Source: an uncultured Bacteroidales bacterium
GTDB taxonomy: Bacteria > Bacteroidota > Bacteroidia > Bacteroidales > GCA-2748055
Direction of reading: 5' to 3'
Assembly: GCA_963751705.1 (NCBI GenBank)
Contig: CAVVVN010000004.1
Span: 149,999 to 213,998 of the forward strand
Length of the DNA stretch: 64,000 nt
The translations under genes were made by a program, and so were the position numbers. The notes below the pieces were generated by a model. That model was not told the origin of the DNA. It saw nothing but the letters and a program-made list of their open reading frames with translations, and ran no database searches. How positions within the stretch are numbered: the stretch's first letter is position 1; each line of letters begins with the position of its first letter. Positions 28,616 to 38,109 of this stretch are shown in pieces.

Positions 28616-30058
28616 CTAAGAACCGATCCTTTCGATGGCCCCCAGGTCTGGACCATCGTCATTCAGCCTGCTATTCCCTTTCAAATCCAGGGGAATCCCC
28701 GAAGCATGGGCGGGCAGTCCGGCGTCGATGGCCGGTGAGAGGCTATCCAGTTCATAAATCACGGGGATGGAATCGAACAGAGGATTCTGATTGTTGATCA
28801 GGTTGGTGATCAGCGGATCCTCCAGGTAGCGGAGACTATCTTCATGGATGCTGGTCAGACAATGGTCGAACAGGTAGTTGAGCTGCAGGCCATCATAACT
28901 CTCAATAAGCAGTTCCGTGGCCTGAGATCCATAAATAATGGAGTTGAAAAAGCTCGCATTTTCAAACTCCCCCCCTGTATAGAGCAGCAGCTTGCCCTCG
29001 TCATCATAGGTGCCGAAGTAATCGGCAAGCCAGACGGCCGGCAGGGTTCTGTGAGAGAACCCTGAGGGCCAGAAATTGGCAAAGGTGCAGTGGGTAAAGT
29101 GGTAATCTCCCCCATAGTTCAGGGCCACGCTACTTCCCCCGCAATCGCCCACCACCAGGTTGCTGCCGTTAACTGAAGCATTCAGGGCATACAGCCCGCT
29201 GGAACTCATCCGGTTGATCACCGTATTGGAGATCACCAGATCGGGCCTCTGCCCGGACTCCGGAGTGGCACTGATCAGTACCCCGATGGTTCCGTTATGT
29301 ATCTCCGTATGTGTGATCCGGTTATGGTGACTGCTGCCGGTGAGATAAATCAGTCCCCACTGGCCCGGTATACCTTCATAAAACTCCTCCAGCCGGTCCC
29401 CTCCGAACCAGACGGGATCCTCCAGGGTCCCATTCACCTGAATGGAACCATCCACAACAATCAGGGCATCCTTATGCAGGTACACCCTAACTCCGGGATC
29501 AATAGTCAAAGAGGCCAGTGAATCCACGTAGAGATAATCAATGATCAGGTAGGGTTTCCCTGCTGACCAGGTGGTAGCCTGATCGATGGTCCCGCCCCCG
29601 ATCATATGCACATCCTGTCCCCAGGCTACCAGGTCAATGTCCTGCACATTCCCATTGGTTTCGAACACAATGGAATCCTGCACCCTGAGGATATCATCCG
29701 AGCTATTGGGATCGAGGGTGGCCTCCACAAACACATACATGCTGTCGCGCGGGCCAAGTTCCATATCGGAAAAACGAAGTCCCGATGTACCGTCCACATT
29801 GATCCTGAACACCGAAAATGCCCCGCCGGCCAGCCGGATCTCATCAATCCGGATAAAGCGCTTATGTGGATTCTTTACCCTGAAAGCTTTGGTCACCGTC
29901 CCCACGGTGGTGAATACCGTATCAAAAAACAGCGTATCCAGGGTGAATTCAAGCCGGGCCTCTTTATCCTCAATAAAGGTCCGCTCCGGCTGGCAGGAAA
30001 AGAAGAGTGCCAGTGGAAACAGGACCAAAAACAGGAAACGGCGGATCGCCTTCATCAC
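28616..30058 (-). CDS. Lipoprotein with an Ig-like N-terminal domain and a right-handed parallel beta-helix. Function unknown.
   Basis: Lipobox LALFFSCQ. FDTVFTTVGTVTKAFRVKNP...IRLAGG (PapD/ASH-like). Repetitive beta-helix-like segments. C-terminal SPAIDAG...DLKGNSR...GPDLGAIE, which resembles pectate-lyase-fold / choice-of-anchor-Q-type ends. Confidence 0.55.
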   Translation of the reverse strand: MMKAIRRFLFLVLFPLALFFSCQPERTFIEDKEARLEFTLDTLFFDTVFTTVGTVTKAFRVKNPHKRFIRIDEIRLAGGAFSVFRINVDGTSGLRFSDMELGPRDSMYVFVEATLDPNSSDDILRVQDSIVFETNGNVQDIDLVAWGQDVHMIGGGTIDQATTWSAGKPYLIIDYLYVDSLASLTIDPGVRVYLHKDALIVVDGSIQVNGTLEDPVWFGGDRLEEFYEGIPGQWGLIYLTGSSHHNRITHTEIHNGTIGVLISATPESGQRPDLVISNTVINRMSSSGLYALNASVNGSNLVVGDCGGSSVALNYGGDYHFTHCTFANFWPSGFSHRTLPAVWLADYFGTYDDEGKLLLYTGGEFENASFFNSIIYGSQATELLIESYDGLQLNYLFDHCLTSIHEDSLRYLEDPLITNLINNQNPLFDSIPVIYELDSLSPAIDAGLPAHASGIPLDLKGNSRLNDDGPDLGAIERIGS

Positions 30059-30124
30059 AGAGTTCTTAACGCAAAAATGGGGAAAATAATATGAGAATAC
30101 TATTTTTGTTGCAAAGCTATAATC

Positions 30125-31771
30125 ATGCGAACAAGCCTGTATATTTCCGCGCTAATATTTTTATTCCAGATCTCCTGTAAAACACAGAAGATCCAGGCCG
30201 ACCTGATTCTAAGCAACGGGAAGGTCTACACCGTTGACAGCGAATTCAGCATGGCAGAGGCCATCGCCATCAAAGACCAGCGGATTATCGCCCTTGGAAG
30301 CTCAAAGGAGATCCTAAGGGAATACCGCGCAGATAAGATTCGTGACCTGAAAGGGAACTTTGTATACCCGGGCTGGATAGATGCTCATTGCCACTTTTTT
30401 GGCTACGGGATGAACCTGAATGCCGTGGATGTGACAGGAACCAGTTCCGTGGAGGAGATTATTGAGCTCTTAAAAGAGTTCCGGGAGGCGCATCCCGGAA
30501 CATGGATCACGGGAAGGGGCTGGGATCAGAACGACTGGGAGGTAAAGGAGTTTCCGGACAAATCCATGCTGGACAAGCATTTCCCGGATACCCCCATCCT
30601 GCTGAGACGGATAGACGGCCATGCGGCCTGGGCCAACTCGCCTGCACTGGAGATGGCCGGGGTGACAGCCGCTTCCCGGGTGGAAGGGGGAACGGTGATA
30701 CTGAGCAAAGGGGAGCCAACCGGGATCCTGATAGATAATTCCATCGGCCTGGTAGCTTCAATAATCCCCCCAGCCTCCAGATCTGAGATGATCCGGGCGC
30801 TCCAGCAGGCCGAAAAAAACTGTTTCAGGGTGGGACTCACTTCGGTACATGACGCCGGGCTATCAAAAGCGGTCGTCCAGTTGATCGATTCATTGCAACA
30901 GGCTGGTGCCCTGAAGATCCGCATGAATACCTGGCTTTCTCCATCCGAAGAGAACTTTCGCTACTATGTGGAGAAAGGGCCCTATCGCACCGACTATCTC
31001 TCGGTCAATACCATCAAACTCTTTGCCGACGGAGCCCTGGGATCCAGAGGCGCCAGGATGATAGAGGCCTATTCGGATGATCCGGGCAATCTTGGTCTCT
31101 ATGTGACTCCCCTGGAGGTGCTGGAGGAGTATTGTGAACGGGCATACCAGCAAAATTTTGCAGTGGCCACGCACTGCATTGGGGACGGGGCCAACCGGGA
31201 AACCCTGAAGATATATGCCAGGGTCCTGGGAGGAAAAAACGACCGGCGATGGCGCATAGAGCATGCTCAGATCATTCATCCCGATGATTTTCACTATTTC
31301 GGGGATTACAATATTGTCCCGTCCGTACAGACCACCCATGCCACTTCCGATATGTACTGGGCCGGGGACCGGGTGGGAAGCGAACGCCTCAAGGGGGCCT
31401 ATGCATACAAACAACTGCTTGCAGAAAACGGATGGCTCCCCAATGGAAGTGATTTCCCGGTGGAAGAGATCAATCCCCTCTTTGGGTTTTACGCCGGAGT
31501 GGTCCGCAAGGACCAGGCTGCTTATCCGGAAGGTGGATTCCAGATGGAAAATGCCATCGGCAGAGAAGAGGCCCTGCGGGCTATGACCATCTGGGCGGCC
31601 AGGTCGGGTTTTGAAGAGGACCTCAAAGGAAGCATAGAAGCAGGGAAACTGGCAGACCTGGTGATCACGGATACCGACCTGATGAACGCTCCGGAAGAGG
31701 AGCTCTTCGGAATCAGGGTGCTGGAGACCTATTCAGGTGGTGAGCTGGTTTACGAAGCTGGCTTTGACTAG
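30125..31771 (+). CDS. Amidohydrolase-family metal-dependent hydrolase (Amidohydro_3, YtcJ-like), secreted.
   Basis: Signal peptide, GWIDAHCHFFGYG (HxH metal site), IGDGANR, RIEHAQ and GSDFPVE. Confidence 0.85.
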   Translation: MRTSLYISALIFLFQISCKTQKIQADLILSNGKVYTVDSEFSMAEAIAIKDQRIIALGSSKEILREYRADKIRDLKGNFVYPGWIDAHCHFFGYGMNLNAVDVTGTSSVEEIIELLKEFREAHPGTWITGRGWDQNDWEVKEFPDKSMLDKHFPDTPILLRRIDGHAAWANSPALEMAGVTAASRVEGGTVILSKGEPTGILIDNSIGLVASIIPPASRSEMIRALQQAEKNCFRVGLTSVHDAGLSKAVVQLIDSLQQAGALKIRMNTWLSPSEENFRYYVEKGPYRTDYLSVNTIKLFADGALGSRGARMIEAYSDDPGNLGLYVTPLEVLEEYCERAYQQNFAVATHCIGDGANRETLKIYARVLGGKNDRRWRIEHAQIIHPDDFHYFGDYNIVPSVQTTHATSDMYWAGDRVGSERLKGAYAYKQLLAENGWLPNGSDFPVEEINPLFGFYAGVVRKDQAAYPEGGFQMENAIGREEALRAMTIWAARSGFEEDLKGSIEAGKLADLVITDTDLMNAPEEELFGIRVLETYSGGELVYEAGFD

Positions 31772-31782
31772 AACCTGAGTGT

Positions 31783-32352
31783 TTAGCGCAGTACCAGGGT
31801 GGCTCCGACAGCCACAATATCCCAGGCACGTTCTGTAACCGGCAGGTTATATTCAGCGAAGAGGAAAAGCAACTCATTAATGTTAAAGCCTACATTCAGG
31901 GGCACCCACATGCGGGGATTCATCTCAGAGGCAAAACTCAGATCCAGGTCGAGACCCATGGACAGATTGATCTCGTAACGGGGCATATAGGTAAACAGGC
32001 CTGTCAGATCCATTCCGAACTGGTCCCATTTATGCAAGCCACCAATGGCCGAAAAATAGCTCTTCCTGGCTTCATGGATCAGGTACTGCACATCGATCCC
32101 GAAATAATCGGTCCCATTCACAAAATAGACATAGCGGGCATTCACATCCAGGGAGTAGAGAAGTCCATAGCCTCCATTGAGTGCAAAAGAAGCCCCACCG
32201 GCATCAAAGAGGATCACATTCCTGTCCATATGGTAAGCAGGCGTCAGGCCCACGCTCCAGGCTCGTTGCGGCAATGTTTTGGCAAAATTAACCACCTGTC
32301 CGTAAGCAGACAGGGACAGGGAGAACAGCAGCAGGAAAAGAAGTCGCTTCAT
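31783..32352 (-). CDS. Small predicted outer-membrane beta-barrel protein. Function unknown.
   Basis: Signal peptide MKRLLFLLLFSLSLSAYGQ, alternating hydrophobic beta-strand pattern, and a C-terminal aromatic/hydrophobic end (VGATLVLR). It lies 51 nt downstream of tolC on the same strand. Confidence 0.5.
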   Translation of the reverse strand: MKRLLFLLLFSLSLSAYGQVVNFAKTLPQRAWSVGLTPAYHMDRNVILFDAGGASFALNGGYGLLYSLDVNARYVYFVNGTDYFGIDVQYLIHEARKSYFSAIGGLHKWDQFGMDLTGLFTYMPRYEINLSMGLDLDLSFASEMNPRMWVPLNVGFNINELLFLFAEYNLPVTERAWDIVAVGATLVLR

Positions 32353-32403
32353 GGGGGCAGCATTGGTTGACTGACACAAAAATAAGACTTCTTGGATAAA
32401 CTC

Positions 32404-33762
32404 CTAGAACAGGATGTCCCTTCCCATATAAAAGTCAAGAATCCGGCTGTAAAATATCAACACATACTTGGAGGTGATCATTTCGGAAGTGGACTCATAA
32501 AGCTGATTCCGGGCCTCCTGCAGCTCCAGCGATGTGCCGGTCCCCACTTTGAAGCGCTCTTCAGAAAAACGGTATGCCTCGTCACTGTTGGCCACCGATT
32601 CCATGGCCGAGCTGTAATTATCAGCCGCCGCCACTGCTTCCGCATGATATTGCTGAAGGGTCTGCTGAAGGACAAGAACCGCATTGTCATACTGGTACTC
32701 CGCATCCTGAAGGTCAATTTTAGCCTTATTAATACTGGTCTGCACCTGCCAGCGGTTGAAGATAGGGATGCTGAGGCCCATGGAGACCTGTTTATACTGG
32801 TTATTTTTAATCTGCTCATTCACGGGATAATCAAACGTAGGATTAAATGGATCAGGATCCAGAGGATTTATCAGGCCATCACTGTAGTTGGAATAGAGCA
32901 GTCCCCGGGCATAGAGCCTGGGAGAACGTTGTCCCCGCTGAACGGCCAGGTAACGCTCCATGGCCTCCACTCCATATTCCTTGCTTTTGATCTGGGGCAG
33001 AGTGGCCAGAGCAACCTGGAACACCGAATCCAGTTCCGGGATCTCCACGCTGGATGGATCGGGCAGCAGGGGAGTCTCAATCTCAAAGCCTTTCTCTTCC
33101 GTGATATTCATCACATGCATCAGGTTCAGTTTTGCGATATCCCTGGCATTTACCGCCTGGGTATATGCCAGTTTTGCCGCGGAGTGCTGGGCATTTACCT
33201 CCAGCAATCTGCCACGGGGCTCATTTCCAACCTCCACCAGCTGCTCCATTCGCTCCACCTGGTTCCGGGTCACCTCCACTTTTTTCTCTGCCACCGCCAC
33301 CAGTTCCCGGTTCCTGAGCAGATCCAGGTACCCGGTCATCACTTGAATGGTAATATTGTCTACCATGGCTTCCAGATCCTCCAAACTCATCTGGTAGTTG
33401 GCTTGGTACATTTTCATGCTGTTTAAATTCTGCAGACCGTTAAACAGGGTCAGTTCGCTCTGCATACCCAGGTCGCCCTGGCTCACACTGGCATTTTTCC
33501 ATTCATAGGTTCCACGGTCCAGTACCCTGCCCGAACCCAGCTGGTGTTCCACCATTCCATTCAGGTTGGGAAGCATATCGAGTTTGCTCTGACGATGGTC
33601 CTGTCCGGTCGATTTCATAAGCAGTTCCTGACGCTTCACCTGCAGGTTGTATTGAATGGCATGGTTTATACACTGGTCCAGGTTCCAGAGAATCTCTGAC
33701 TGCCCCCGGGCCATGGACGAAGTGACCAAAAGGGCTAATGCTATCTGGAATATTTTCTTCAT
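32404..33762 (-). CDS. TolC-family outer membrane efflux protein.
   Basis: Signal peptide. LDQCINHAIQYNLQVKRQEL. Two OEP repeats with long coiled-coil segments. 452 aa. Confidence 0.88.
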   Translation of the reverse strand: MKKIFQIALALLVTSSMARGQSEILWNLDQCINHAIQYNLQVKRQELLMKSTGQDHRQSKLDMLPNLNGMVEHQLGSGRVLDRGTYEWKNASVSQGDLGMQSELTLFNGLQNLNSMKMYQANYQMSLEDLEAMVDNITIQVMTGYLDLLRNRELVAVAEKKVEVTRNQVERMEQLVEVGNEPRGRLLEVNAQHSAAKLAYTQAVNARDIAKLNLMHVMNITEEKGFEIETPLLPDPSSVEIPELDSVFQVALATLPQIKSKEYGVEAMERYLAVQRGQRSPRLYARGLLYSNYSDGLINPLDPDPFNPTFDYPVNEQIKNNQYKQVSMGLSIPIFNRWQVQTSINKAKIDLQDAEYQYDNAVLVLQQTLQQYHAEAVAAADNYSSAMESVANSDEAYRFSEERFKVGTGTSLELQEARNQLYESTSEMITSKYVLIFYSRILDFYMGRDILF

Positions 33763-33772
33763 CTCTTTTGGT

Positions 33773-35047
33773 TTAACGGTTATACTTTAAGATCAGCTTG
33801 TCATGATCTGCATAATTCTGGTAGGAGGAGACGATCACCTTCTCTCCCGGCTCCAGTCCGCCCAGCACTTCATAATACCTGGGATTCTGCCGGCCGATAC
33901 TGATATCACGTTTCACCGCAAACTCTTCCGACTCATCCAGCACAAAGACCCATTGTCCGCCCGTGGTCTGGTAGAATCCGCCCTTAGTCAGTAACACTCC
34001 CTCCTGGGATTCACCCAGTTGCAGCCTGATCCGCGAGGTCTGTCCAATTCTGATCTGTTCAGGTACCTCCTCGGTAAATACCATATCAACGGCAAAACGA
34101 CCGTTCTGCACTTCAGGGTATACTTTAGTAATAATTCCGGTATAGGGCGTACTGGCAAAATCACACTCGCCTGTCAGCCCACGCTGAATACGGGCAATGT
34201 AGTGTTCATCGATATCTACCCTCAACTTATATGAATCCAGGATGTTAATGGTCCCCACCCTGGTCCCATAGGTAACCACCTCTCCAATCTCCGGGTTCAG
34301 GGAAGCCAGCTCCCCATCGACAGTTGCTTTGATATTCAGGTTTTCCATTCGGCGCTGGATAATCTCCATACTTGTTTCCATGCTCTTGACGGAGGTTTCC
34401 AGATTATTAATTTGAATGGACCTGTAAATAGAATCATTTTTATAATTCTCCAGGACCAGCGTGTACAACTCCTGCGAAGACTCAAAGGACTCCCTGGATT
34501 GGTCAAACTCTTCCCTGGAAATATGCCCCTGCTCTCTCAGGATTTTGTTATTTTCATAGAGCCGTTTGGCCTGCAGCACTGTAATATCCAGCTCAATAAT
34601 CTGCTGCTTATAATTCAGCCTGGTTTGGTCCATTTGCAGACGCGCTGTCCGGAGTTCATTGATGGCCCTGACCACCTGGGCCTCGCTGTTGGTAATCTCA
34701 AGTAAGAGATTATCGTTTATCAGGCGGAGAATCACATCCCCCTTCTTTACCATATTGCCCTCATCAATGAGGATCTCCTTCACACTTCCGTTTTCCACTG
34801 CATCCAGATAGATGGTGGTAATTGGTTCAACGGTTCCCTGCACAGTTATATAATCCTGGAAAATATCCTGTTTCACTTCTTCGATGGTGATGCGCGATAC
34901 ATCCACATTGTACTTGGAACTCTTGTCTCCAAAAATAATAATTGCCAGTACCGCAAGCATTAAAGCTCCAAAAAGGAGGTACCAGATCATTTTCCGGGAG
35001 ATTCCCTTTTTTTCAATTTTGCGGTCCATTCCGTCCATTTCAGTCAT
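33773..35047 (-). CDS. HlyD/MacA-type periplasmic adaptor (membrane fusion protein).
   Basis: An N-terminal TM anchor (MIWYLLFGALMLAVLAIIIFG), a lipoyl/hairpin region (VQGTVEPITTIYLDAVENGSVKEILIDEGNMVKKGDVILRL), a long coiled coil and a beta-barrel domain. Confidence 0.85.
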   Translation of the reverse strand: MTEMDGMDRKIEKKGISRKMIWYLLFGALMLAVLAIIIFGDKSSKYNVDVSRITIEEVKQDIFQDYITVQGTVEPITTIYLDAVENGSVKEILIDEGNMVKKGDVILRLINDNLLLEITNSEAQVVRAINELRTARLQMDQTRLNYKQQIIELDITVLQAKRLYENNKILREQGHISREEFDQSRESFESSQELYTLVLENYKNDSIYRSIQINNLETSVKSMETSMEIIQRRMENLNIKATVDGELASLNPEIGEVVTYGTRVGTINILDSYKLRVDIDEHYIARIQRGLTGECDFASTPYTGIITKVYPEVQNGRFAVDMVFTEEVPEQIRIGQTSRIRLQLGESQEGVLLTKGGFYQTTGGQWVFVLDESEEFAVKRDISIGRQNPRYYEVLGGLEPGEKVIVSSYQNYADHDKLILKYNR

Positions 35048-35076
35048 AATCGAAGTTTTTTCTTACGCGACAATAG

Positions 35077-35092
35077 TGCACTTATTATGCCA
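35077..35092 (-). promoter_or_regulatory. Candidate sigma-54 (-24/-12) promoter for the adaptor-tolC operon.
   Basis: The minus strand reads TGGCAT-AATAA-GTGCA, against the consensus TGGCAC-N5-TTGCA. The GG-N10-GC spacing is exact. The -12 element lies about 30 nt upstream of the ATG at 35047. A sigma-54 activator gene is divergently adjacent. Confidence 0.65.
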
Positions 35093-35178
35093 AATAATAT
35101 AAGGTCCTATAAAACTGCAACTTAATAATAAACTTTATTTGTTGGCAGAATAAAAAGTGTTCGATTTTGGGATTCATG

Positions 35179-35204
35179 TGTACGATTTCGTACATTTCGT
35201 ACAG
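35179..35204. promoter_or_regulatory. Candidate upstream activator sequence: 7-2-7 palindrome TGTACGA-TT-TCGTACA plus a third half-site (TTTCGTACA).
   Basis: Read directly from the sequence. It is centred about 100-120 bp upstream of the -24/-12 element, the usual distance for bacterial enhancer-binding proteins. It lies between the divergent regulator and the adaptor operon. Confidence 0.55.
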
Positions 35205-35309
35205 CTTATTCACCCACTTTTTTATTGTATATCTTTGAAATTGAATTATTTAAATAATAAGGCATCTTTTTTGATTAGAACCTAGGGCAAATGCAAGAAA
35301 ACATTGAAG

Positions 35310-36686
35310 ATGGAACAAAAAATTGGTAGAATCCTGGCAGTGGATGACAACGAAGACATCCTGTTTGCCCTGAAATTGTTATTGCGGCCTCACGTTGAAA
35401 TTATTGAAACCCTTTCCGGACCGGAAAGGCTCCCTGAAGTGATGAAGAAACAGGATTGGGATGTGATCCTGCTGGATATGAATTTTACAAAAGATGCCAT
35501 TAGCGGCCAGGAGGGATTTGATGCCCTTTCACAAATCCTGGAAATTGACAATCAGGCGGTGGTAGTCTTTATCACCGCCTATGGGGATGCCGAGAAAGCG
35601 GTGAAAGCAATAAAAATGGGAGCCACCGACTTTATTCTCAAGCCCTGGCAGAACGAAAAAATCCTGGCGACCATCAACTCTGCCATCAGTCTTCGGCGAA
35701 CCCGTATCCAGGCTCAGAACCTGAAACTCAAACAACAGGAGATCAGCGCCGTGCTGGACCAGCCCTATACTGACTTCGTGGGGCAATCTCCCGAAATGTA
35801 TGAAGTTTTCAATACCATTAAAAAGGTGGCAGCCACAGATGCCAATGTACTGATCCTGGGAGAGAACGGAACTGGCAAGGAGCTTGTAGCCAGGGCGCTT
35901 TACAGGAATTCGCTCCGCAAGGATGAGGTATTTATCAGCGTGGACCTGGGATCCATTCCGGAGACACTCTTCGAGAGTGAACTCTTTGGTCATGAAAAAG
36001 GAGCCTTTACCGATGCTTTTAAAATGAAACAGGGGCGGTTCGAAATTGCCTCATCGGGAACCCTGTTTCTGGACGAAATTGGCAACCTCACCTACCCGCT
36101 TCAGTCAAAGTTACTTACGGTACTTGAACGACGTGAGATCACCCGAGTGGGTTCCACCAAACCCATTCCCATCGATGTCCGGATGATCTGTGCCACCAAC
36201 AATAATATTCACCAGGACGTGGCCGACGGGGTTTTCCGTCAGGACCTCCTGTACCGGATCAATACCGTGGAAATTCACCTGCCGGCGCTCAGAGACCGCA
36301 CGGGTGACGTCCCTCTGCTTGCGGATCATTTCCTTAAGATCTACAGCCGGAAATACAGAAAACCCATCCGGAATATCCAGTCTTCTGCCATCAAAAGGCT
36401 AAACCAGTATAATTGGCCCGGTAATGTCAGGGAGCTGCAACATGCCATAGAGCGGGCAGTGATTATGTGCGATGGCAGCAGCCTGGGGCCCGACGATTTT
36501 ATTCTCTCATCCGGAGTGAAAAGCAGCAGCGGACTGGAGCTGGAATCCTATAACCTGGAAGATATTGAAAAAACGATTATTGAGAAAGTCCTTAAAACCA
36601 ATCAGGGAAATGTGACCCAGGCGGCCACACAACTGGGACTAACACGAACTTCACTCTATCGAAGAATGGAAAAGCATGGTCTTTAA
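35310..36686 (+). CDS. Sigma-54-dependent response regulator (NtrC family: REC, AAA+, Fis-type HTH).
   Basis: ILAVDDNEDILFAL...VILLDMNF (REC). GENGTGKE (Walker A). ESELFGHEKGAFTDA (GAFTGA-type sigma-54 contact loop). NVRELQH. C-terminal HTH GNVTQAATQLGLTRTSLYRRM. The ATG at 35310 is preferred over the TTG at 35304. Confidence 0.93.
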   Translation: MEQKIGRILAVDDNEDILFALKLLLRPHVEIIETLSGPERLPEVMKKQDWDVILLDMNFTKDAISGQEGFDALSQILEIDNQAVVVFITAYGDAEKAVKAIKMGATDFILKPWQNEKILATINSAISLRRTRIQAQNLKLKQQEISAVLDQPYTDFVGQSPEMYEVFNTIKKVAATDANVLILGENGTGKELVARALYRNSLRKDEVFISVDLGSIPETLFESELFGHEKGAFTDAFKMKQGRFEIASSGTLFLDEIGNLTYPLQSKLLTVLERREITRVGSTKPIPIDVRMICATNNNIHQDVADGVFRQDLLYRINTVEIHLPALRDRTGDVPLLADHFLKIYSRKYRKPIRNIQSSAIKRLNQYNWPGNVRELQHAIERAVIMCDGSSLGPDDFILSSGVKSSSGLELESYNLEDIEKTIIEKVLKTNQGNVTQAATQLGLTRTSLYRRMEKHGL

Positions 36687-38028
36687 ACAGTTTCGTTTTA
36701 ATATTGTCCTGCGGGTACTGCTGCTTACCGCCACCTGCCTTGCCCTGTTCATCACACTGAACAGTGCCTTCACCTTTACACCCATCCTGGTGGCGGGATT
36801 GATCATCTACCAGGTCTGGTCACTGATTCATTATGTGGACCGGACCAACCGGGAGCTGGCTGGTTTTCTGGAATCGATCCGCTATTCCGAATTCACCCGG
36901 ACCTTTCAGATCGGTGACGGAGGTACTTCATTCGATGAACTGAGTACAGCCTTTAATGATGTGATGAAGGACTTCCAGCAGGTAAGATCAGAACGGGAAG
37001 AGCATTTCCATTACCTGCAAAGCATTGTACAGAATATCGACGTGAGTATCCTGGCCTATCAGCGTGATGGGACCGTGGAGATGATCAATCCCGCGGCTAA
37101 AAAGCTCTTCCAGGTGAACAGTCTGAGAAATATCAATTCGCTCTCCCCACTCAGCCAGAAACTGACCGATACGCTGCTCACCATAAATCCGGGCGAAAAC
37201 AAACTGGTGAAGGTGCAGGATGAAGAAGATATCCTTCAACTGGCCATTTTTGCCACGGAGTTTAAAGTGAAAGATAAAATCATCCTTCTGAGCACCATCA
37301 AGAATATCCAGAATGTGCTGGAGGAGCAGGAGACGGCAGCCTGGCAGAAACTGATCCGGGTGCTTACCCATGAGATCATGAATTCCATTGCCCCCATCTC
37401 TTCCCTCTCCTCTACGGTGGAAAATATGGTCAAACCCTATACTTCCGGCAAAAAAGAGATGCAGGAGGTGGACAAAGAGACTATTGTTGAGATAGAGGGG
37501 GCCCTTCAAACCATTAATAAGCGAAGTACCGGATTGATGAACTTTGTGGAGACCTACCGGAGCCTCACCAAGATTCCGGAACCCAATTTCTCCGTTGTTA
37601 AAATGAATGAATTGATTGGCCATGTACACACCCTGATGAAGAAGGATGTGGAAAGGAAAAACATCCGCATGACTACCTCCGTGGAACCTGCAAGCATTGA
37701 GGTACAGATTGATGAACAGATGATCGAACAGGTGCTCATCAACCTGATTAAAAATTCCGTTCAGGCCCTGAAGGGGCGCTTGGGTGCAGAGATACAGATC
37801 AGGGGTTTTTATAACAAACGGGGCCGGCCCACCATCCAGGTCATCGATAATGGACAGGGAATCCTGGATGAGGTGATCGATAAGATCTTTATCCCGTTTT
37901 TTACCACGAAACAAAGTGGTTCGGGTATCGGCTTAAGCCTCTCCAAACAAATAATGAGGTTGCATGGGGGCACCATTACCGCCCAGTCGAAACCCAATGA
38001 AGAGACTATTTTCAATATGACCTTCTGA
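36676..38028 (+). CDS. Membrane sensor histidine kinase (NtrB/AtoS-like), partner of the sigma-54 regulator.
   Basis: Two N-terminal TM helices, a PAS-like segment, the H-box LTHEIMNSIAPI, and the N/G boxes LINLIKNSVQA, DNGQGI, GSGIGLSLSKQI. It overlaps the regulator gene by 11 nt. Confidence 0.9.
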   Translation: MVFKQFRFNIVLRVLLLTATCLALFITLNSAFTFTPILVAGLIIYQVWSLIHYVDRTNRELAGFLESIRYSEFTRTFQIGDGGTSFDELSTAFNDVMKDFQQVRSEREEHFHYLQSIVQNIDVSILAYQRDGTVEMINPAAKKLFQVNSLRNINSLSPLSQKLTDTLLTINPGENKLVKVQDEEDILQLAIFATEFKVKDKIILLSTIKNIQNVLEEQETAAWQKLIRVLTHEIMNSIAPISSLSSTVENMVKPYTSGKKEMQEVDKETIVEIEGALQTINKRSTGLMNFVETYRSLTKIPEPNFSVVKMNELIGHVHTLMKKDVERKNIRMTTSVEPASIEVQIDEQMIEQVLINLIKNSVQALKGRLGAEIQIRGFYNKRGRPTIQVIDNGQGILDEVIDKIFIPFFTTKQSGSGIGLSLSKQIMRLHGGTITAQSKPNEETIFNMTF

Positions 38029-38109
38029 TGTTTTTTTGGATTTCTTGATTCTTGCTATACAATGATCAGTGGATGGATGCGTTTAAGGAGTAAACAAAAC
38101 CCCTCTGGC

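Noticed and set aside
32392-33426. A 344-aa ORF antisense to the TolC gene.
   Set aside because: It shows the same codon-aligned shadow-ORF effect (both coordinates are 1 mod 3). Its composition is low in complexity and His/Leu/Gln-rich, and the sense strand encodes a clear TolC.
36988-37914. A 308-aa ORF antisense to the sensor histidine kinase.
   Set aside because: It is codon-aligned with the sense gene (1 mod 3) and has no motifs. The sense strand has H, N and G boxes.
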